64,000 nucleotides of DNA from Candidatus Marinacidobacterium sp. (GTDB lineage Bacteria; Acidobacteriota; Vicinamibacteria; Marinacidobacterales; Marinacidobacteraceae), in NCBI GenBank assembly GCA_965204755.1, contig OZ242011.1, forward strand, positions 2,400,001 to 2,464,000, written 5' to 3'. Every line of letters begins with the position of its first letter. The first letter of the stretch is position 1. Made by a program: the position numbers and the translations under genes. This document shows, piece after piece, positions 59,154 through 64,000 of this stretch. The notes under the pieces are model-generated. The model saw only the letters and a program-made list of their open reading frames with translations. It made no database searches and was not told the origin of the DNA.

Positions 59154-60392
59154 ATGACTTCCCATGTTCTGCCGCGGCAGATATTGCCCCGGCTCGCCCG
59201 CAACCTCCGGGTGATGCCCGCGGTCGTGCTCACCGGCGCCCGGCAGACCGGGAAGAGCACGCTGGCGCGGGAACTGGCGCCGGGGCCGCGCCGGTTCGAG
59301 ACGCTGGACGACTTCGCGGTCGCGAGAACCGCCCGGCGCGACCCCCGGGCGCTGCTGGCGGGCCCGGGGCCGATCACGCTCGACGAAGCGCAGCGCGAAC
59401 CGGCGCTCCTTCCGGCGCTCAAGATCGAGATAGACGAACGGCGGGCGCGCGGAGACCACGAGGGAGGGCGATACCTGCTCACCGGTTCCGCAAACCTGCT
59501 GCTGATGCGGCGCGTCACGGAGTCGCTCGCCGGCCGGGCCGGCTACCTGAACCTCTGGCCGATGACCCGGCGCGAGCAGCGGGGCGAAGAGTCCGGCGCC
59601 GCGTGGGAGGAGTTGGTTCGGGCCGATGACCGGGATTGGCCGGCCCTGCTGGCGGCGCGTCCGGCGGAGCGGGAGGACTGGCGTCACCTGGCCCGCCGGG
59701 GCGGGCTTCCGACTCCGGCGGTCCACCTCGCCGACGCGGACGAACGGGCCGTCTGGTTCGACGGCTATGTCCGCACTTATCTCGAACGCGACCTGTCCGA
59801 CTTGGCGGCCGTTTCGTCGTTACCGGACTTCCGGCTGCTCATGAAACTCGCCGCCGAGCGGCTCGGCCAAGCCGTGAACCAGACGAACCTGGGGCGGGAT
59901 TGCTCGTTGCCGCAGCCGACCGTACGGCGGTACCTGAATCTCCTGGAAGCCTCCTACCAACTGGTCCGGCTGCCGGCGTACGCCGTGAATCGAGGGAAAC
60001 GGCTCATCCGGACGCCGAAACTCTATTGGGGCGATACCGGCGTGGCGCTCCATCTCGCGAGCGGAATGGAGCCGGGGGGCGCGCACCTGGAGAATGTCGT
60101 CCTGAACGACCTGCTGGTTTGGCGCGATACGCGCAGCGCCAAGGCTGATGTCTTCTACTGGCGTACGACGATCGGCGAGGAAGTGGACTTCGTGATCGAG
60201 AACGAACGCCGACTGCTTCCGGTCGAAGTGAAGGCGGCGGCGCGTCCGCGCCTCGGGGACGCGAAGGGGCTGCTCGCGTTCCAGGAGGCGTACGGCGACG
60301 CGGCGCGCGCGGGACTGCTCCTCCACACCGGCTCCGAGATCGAGTGGTTGACCGGTCGGGTGCTCGCGGCGCCGTGGTGGAGGGTGCTGTAG
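59154..60392 (+). CDS. AAA_14 ATPase with DUF4143 (wHTH plus REase-like) domain
   Basis: GARQTGKST, LDEAQ, LTGSA, GGLP, YVRTYLERD, PKLYWGDTG, EVDFV..PVEVK. Confidence 0.92.
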   Translation: MTSHVLPRQILPRLARNLRVMPAVVLTGARQTGKSTLARELAPGPRRFETLDDFAVARTARRDPRALLAGPGPITLDEAQREPALLPALKIEIDERRARGDHEGGRYLLTGSANLLLMRRVTESLAGRAGYLNLWPMTRREQRGEESGAAWEELVRADDRDWPALLAARPAEREDWRHLARRGGLPTPAVHLADADERAVWFDGYVRTYLERDLSDLAAVSSLPDFRLLMKLAAERLGQAVNQTNLGRDCSLPQPTVRRYLNLLEASYQLVRLPAYAVNRGKRLIRTPKLYWGDTGVALHLASGMEPGGAHLENVVLNDLLVWRDTRSAKADVFYWRTTIGEEVDFVIENERRLLPVEVKAAARPRLGDAKGLLAFQEAYGDAARAGLLLHTGSEIEWLTGRVLAAPWWRVL

Positions 60393-60479
60393 CCCGTCCT
60401 TCTTTTCTCTCGGCTTCTCCCGACCCCGGGTTTCCCCGGCGGCGGCCCGCCCCGGAGCGCGCGGCCGCCGTCGGCGCGG

Positions 60480-62219
60480 TTACTCCCGGCGGATCACTTC
60501 TCCGGCGAGCGCTCCGGTGAGACGCCCGTTTGCGACCGCCGGTTCCCCGTTCACGAGCACCCAGGGGATTCCCTCCGGGGCGCCGTCCGGATCGAGGATC
60601 GTGGCGTGGTCCACCACGCCCTCGTAGTCGAAGATCACGATGTCCGCTTTACACCCGACGCGCAGACACCCGCGGTCGGTCATACCGATGATCGCCGCCG
60701 GAAGGCTGGTCGAAGACCGCACCATGAAGGGCAGCGAAACCACCCCCCGCTCCCGGACATAGTGCGCGATCCGCCGCGGATAGGAGCCCCAGAACCGCGG
60801 ATGGCGTCCGGGCGTCGCTTCCAGCGCGATTCCCGCGTCGGTGGAAGCGGCGGTGAAGTCCTGTTCCATGTAGGTCTCCACATCGAACCGGTGGCCGGCC
60901 ACCGGACGGAACGCCACGCCGTGGAGCAACTCCTCGTTACCGGCCCGCGCGAACTCGATCAGCGCTTCGGCGGCCGTCGAGCCGCGGCCGGCGGCGACTT
61001 CGGCGAGCGTGGCGCCCACCAACGCCGGGTCCTCCGGGAACAGGACGACGATGAGCCGGTCCGCGCCGCCGAAGAGATCGAGTTGCTGTTCGATGTCTTT
61101 CGTCAAGTCGGCGCGGATGGCGTCGTCCGCCAGGTTCGCTTCCAGGTTCTCGAGGGAGAGCAGGCCCGGCCGGCGCCAGTCGGGGTCGTCGAGGCCGCCG
61201 GAGCGGTCGCTGCCCGGGGGCGCGAACGCCCAGATCGGGATGACGCCCACCGGCCCGCCGCCGAAGGTCTCGTAGGGGTATTGGTCGAGGAACACCTGGA
61301 CGCCCTGCCGCCGCGCCTCCACGATGGCGCGCACATCCTTCGCCGAGTGCCCCCAACTCGACGGGCCCTTCGCCTTGATGTGCGTGCCCACGACGCGAAT
61401 GCCGGTTTCGCGGCCGATGCGGATCGTCTCCGCCATCCCGTCCGTGCCGGTCAGCGTCGCGCCGTCCACGATGCTCGGCACCTGCCAGCGCGGCATCGGC
61501 GACTGGCTGCGTTGGTGCGAGTAGTAGAAGCCGTCGTAGTCCGCGACCACCTGCGCGAGGGCGATGATCTCTTCCGTCTCGGAGAACCGCGCCGGGCGGT
61601 ACTCCGGGCCGGCGCCGAGCCCCCAGGCGCCTTCCTCCATACCCGTTCGCACCAGTTCGGCCATCCGGGCGACCTCTTCCCCGGTAGCCGCCCGCTCGTG
61701 GTCGCCGCCCATCACCTGGAGCCGCACGGTGGAATGCCCGACGACCGGAACGACATTGAGGCCGACGCCCAGCCTCTCGTAGGCGGCGATCTCCTCCGCG
61801 ATCGGCCAGCGCGCGTTCCGTCCGTCCGCGCCCATGACCACCGTGGTGATTCCCTGGGCGACCAGGTTCGGCGCCCGCCGCAACTCGAGATCGTCGCCGA
61901 CCAGGGCCCGGTCGGCGTGCGAGTGGAGGTCCACCCAGCCCGGCGCGACGAACATCCCGTCGGCCTCGATCACCCGATCCGCCGAGACCCCGTCCCGCCC
62001 GGCGAGCCGCCCGGCTGCCGCCACTTCCCCGTCCCGGATCCCCAGGTCCGCCCGAATCGCCGGGTTCCCCGACCCGTCGAACACGAACCCCCCGGAGACG
62101 AGCAGGTCGAACCGCTCCTGCGCCCCGCCCGCCGCCGCGAGCGCCGAGGCCGCCGCGAACAGGAGGCTGTGCCGCACCCGGTTCGACCGGCCGAAGTTCT
62201 TGTGGTCTCGGTTCCTCAT
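60480..62219 (-). CDS. Exported amidohydrolase (N-acyl-D-amino-acid deacylase-like)
   Basis: FDGSG, APGWVDLHSH, QGITTV, YPY, STD, HPR.WG.YPR, KADIVIFD. Confidence 0.9.
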   Translation of the reverse strand: MRNRDHKNFGRSNRVRHSLLFAAASALAAAGGAQERFDLLVSGGFVFDGSGNPAIRADLGIRDGEVAAAGRLAGRDGVSADRVIEADGMFVAPGWVDLHSHADRALVGDDLELRRAPNLVAQGITTVVMGADGRNARWPIAEEIAAYERLGVGLNVVPVVGHSTVRLQVMGGDHERAATGEEVARMAELVRTGMEEGAWGLGAGPEYRPARFSETEEIIALAQVVADYDGFYYSHQRSQSPMPRWQVPSIVDGATLTGTDGMAETIRIGRETGIRVVGTHIKAKGPSSWGHSAKDVRAIVEARRQGVQVFLDQYPYETFGGGPVGVIPIWAFAPPGSDRSGGLDDPDWRRPGLLSLENLEANLADDAIRADLTKDIEQQLDLFGGADRLIVVLFPEDPALVGATLAEVAAGRGSTAAEALIEFARAGNEELLHGVAFRPVAGHRFDVETYMEQDFTAASTDAGIALEATPGRHPRFWGSYPRRIAHYVRERGVVSLPFMVRSSTSLPAAIIGMTDRGCLRVGCKADIVIFDYEGVVDHATILDPDGAPEGIPWVLVNGEPAVANGRLTGALAGEVIRRE

Positions 62220-62552
62220 GATGTCCCTCACGCCGGCGCCGAAGGCCGTTCCGTCCCGATGCGGGCTCGGCTCGCCGAGGGCGGCGCGCACCCGATTCTA
62301 CGGGCACGCCGCTGGTGCGCTCCGGACCGGCCCGGATACCGGGCCTCCGGCACGGCGTTCCCATGGACTCGCCGGCGCCCGAACGCGCTCCTTTCCCGGC
62401 TTGCCTCCCGGTCGCTGCCGCCCGGCAGAACGCGGCGATATCCTTAGCGCCGTGCCGCTGCCGCCGAGCGCCGGCTTCGCCACATCGGTCCGGGCGTTCG
62501 TCGTCGTGGCCGAGGCGCCGGGCTTCCCCGGGACAGACTCCGAAACCGAACG

Positions 62553-63335
62553 ATGACCGGGAAGGGCTCGATGTCCGACCGTCACCGCTATCGCGCGCCT
62601 CCGATCGAAGAGGCCGTCTGCGAGTTCCGCTTCCAACCCGGGCCCGCGTGGAATCCCACGATACCGGGAAAACTCCACACTCGACTCGCCGAGGAGTATT
62701 CCGGCCAGCCCCGCGAACAGACCACGACCGAACTGACAGCGGAAGGCCCGGACGCTTCGTCCGGGGGCTCCACGGTCAGCCGAAGCATTACCCGAGTGCA
62801 ACTCGCGACGGCGGACGGGCGGCGCGTGGTCAGCGTGGGGGAGGATGTCCTCAGCGTCCACACGCTGAAGCCCTACCAACGGGACCGCGACTCCGGCGGA
62901 TGGGAGGAGTTTCGACCGCGAATCGAACGCGCCGTCGCCGCGTACTGGCGGGTGGCCCGACCGAAGGGTGTCGTCCGGATTGCGTTGCGGTACATCAATC
63001 GACTCACGCCGCCCGCAGGCTTGAGCGAGACGACGAAGTTCGTTCGCTGCGCTTTCGAGAGTCTTCCGGACCTTCCCGCAACGCCGCAGCGATATTTCGT
63101 GGAGCGGGAGTACGCCTACGACGACGGCATCCACTTGAATCTGCGGTACGGGACACCGGGCGGCGTGCCGGATCCGAAGGACCTCTATCTCGACATCGAA
63201 GTCCTATGGAAGCCGTCGGAGGCCTTGGCGGAGGGCGCCGCGGTCGCCAAGACGGACTGGCTCCGGGACCGGGAGCGCCGAGTCTTCGAGGCGCTGATCA
63301 CAGATTCCGCGAGGGACTTGTTCGATGCCGTCTGA
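62553..63335 (+). CDS. TIGR04255-like family protein
   Basis: Y..PPIEEAVCEFRF, RIALRYINR, LDIEV, FEALIT. Start may be 62571. Confidence 0.78.
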   Translation: MTGKGSMSDRHRYRAPPIEEAVCEFRFQPGPAWNPTIPGKLHTRLAEEYSGQPREQTTTELTAEGPDASSGGSTVSRSITRVQLATADGRRVVSVGEDVLSVHTLKPYQRDRDSGGWEEFRPRIERAVAAYWRVARPKGVVRIALRYINRLTPPAGLSETTKFVRCAFESLPDLPATPQRYFVEREYAYDDGIHLNLRYGTPGGVPDPKDLYLDIEVLWKPSEALAEGAAVAKTDWLRDRERRVFEALITDSARDLFDAV

Positions 63336-64000
63336 GTTCGCGGCCGCGGCGGTGGAGACGGACTCCGCGAGCGCTCCGGAACTTGAGTGGCCGGGCCACG
63401 GCGCGGCGACCCGGGGAGAGGAGCGGACTCGGTTCTGGCCCGCGTTCGTGGAGTCGTGGGCTCGGCAACATCGGTTGAACTCCGGCCGTCTGCCGATCTC
63501 GCACGATTCCGTGCGGCCGATCGTAGATTGGTCGGTCGGCCGGCTGATCACAGTCTCGGTAGAGTCCGCCGACTCCGAGGAGCGGGAAATCTCCTGGAGT
63601 CGCCTCAAGACCCGTCTTCACATTGCTTTCACCGAAGAGCCGCTCGAAGACGGCGTGTCCCATCGCGCGGAGACGATTCTCGTCGAGTCGCTGACGGCGC
63701 CGCCGGGTGATTCCTTGTTCGACGCCGTCCGGACTTACTGCACCGGGGCATCCAGACCGTCCTTTGCCGCAGAAACCCTGCGCTGTCTGGGACGCATAAC
63801 TGCTCCGGGTACGGCGGACTGGAGACTGGCGCTGGTTCGGGACGCCTTGGGGTCCCCGGACATCGAGATCCGGGACGCTGCTCTGCAGGCGGTGGAAGGC
63901 TGGGAGGACGCCGCGTTGGTTCCCGTGTTGAAGTCGCACCGGGAGAGCGAGGAGTGGCTCCGAGACTACCTCCGCGAAGTCCTTCACTACCTGGACAAGT
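63325..64000 (+). CDS. Hypothetical protein with HEAT-like C-terminus; runs to window edge, absent from ORF track
   Basis: ATG 63325 overlaps the upstream gene; open for 225 codons: EEPLEDGVSH...DIEIRDAALQAVEGW...EWLRDYLREVL. Confidence 0.65.
   Translation, partial: MPSEFAAAAVETDSASAPELEWPGHGAATRGEERTRFWPAFVESWARQHRLNSGRLPISHDSVRPIVDWSVGRLITVSVESADSEEREISWSRLKTRLHIAFTEEPLEDGVSHRAETILVESLTAPPGDSLFDAVRTYCTGASRPSFAAETLRCLGRITAPGTADWRLALVRDALGSPDIEIRDAALQAVEGWEDAALVPVLKSHRESEEWLRDYLREVLHYLDK

Overview
High-GC bacterial DNA. Gene content (CRTAC1/ASPIC protein, Oar-type TonB receptor, LVIVD propellers, S9 peptidases, GspF plus pilin-like genes) suggests an Acidobacteriota-like organism; this is inference. 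About 47 genes: housekeeping and envelope genes interleaved with defence-type loci. The main feature is a ~14 kb minus-strand island (34740-48835). It carries a coupled Ssp-type DNA phosphorothioation (PT) core: DUF4007/SspB-like, large P-loop ATPase/SspC-like, PAPS-reductase/SspD-like and cysteine desulfurase/SspA-like. This core is followed not by SspE or PglZ/BrxL but by a split-motif GIY-YIG protein, two DGQHR proteins and a minimal SNF2 ATPase. The first gene (DUF4007) is out of frame at a C20 homopolymer, where 19 or 22 C would restore it. Immediately upstream is an SBD-HNH-type nuclease, a family known to cut PT-modified DNA. Other accessory loci are a type III R-M pair, tandem Fic paralogues after smpB, a SocA-like/GIY-YIG pair, a Pro-rich coiled-coil protein with a possible RelE-like tail, an unexplained ~370 bp array of 17-21 bp repeats, an AT-rich palindrome before an AAA-DUF4143 gene, and a TIGR04255 pair. 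No tRNA, rRNA, CRISPR array, integrase or transposase was recognised. Family calls are by-eye motif recognition, not database searches.
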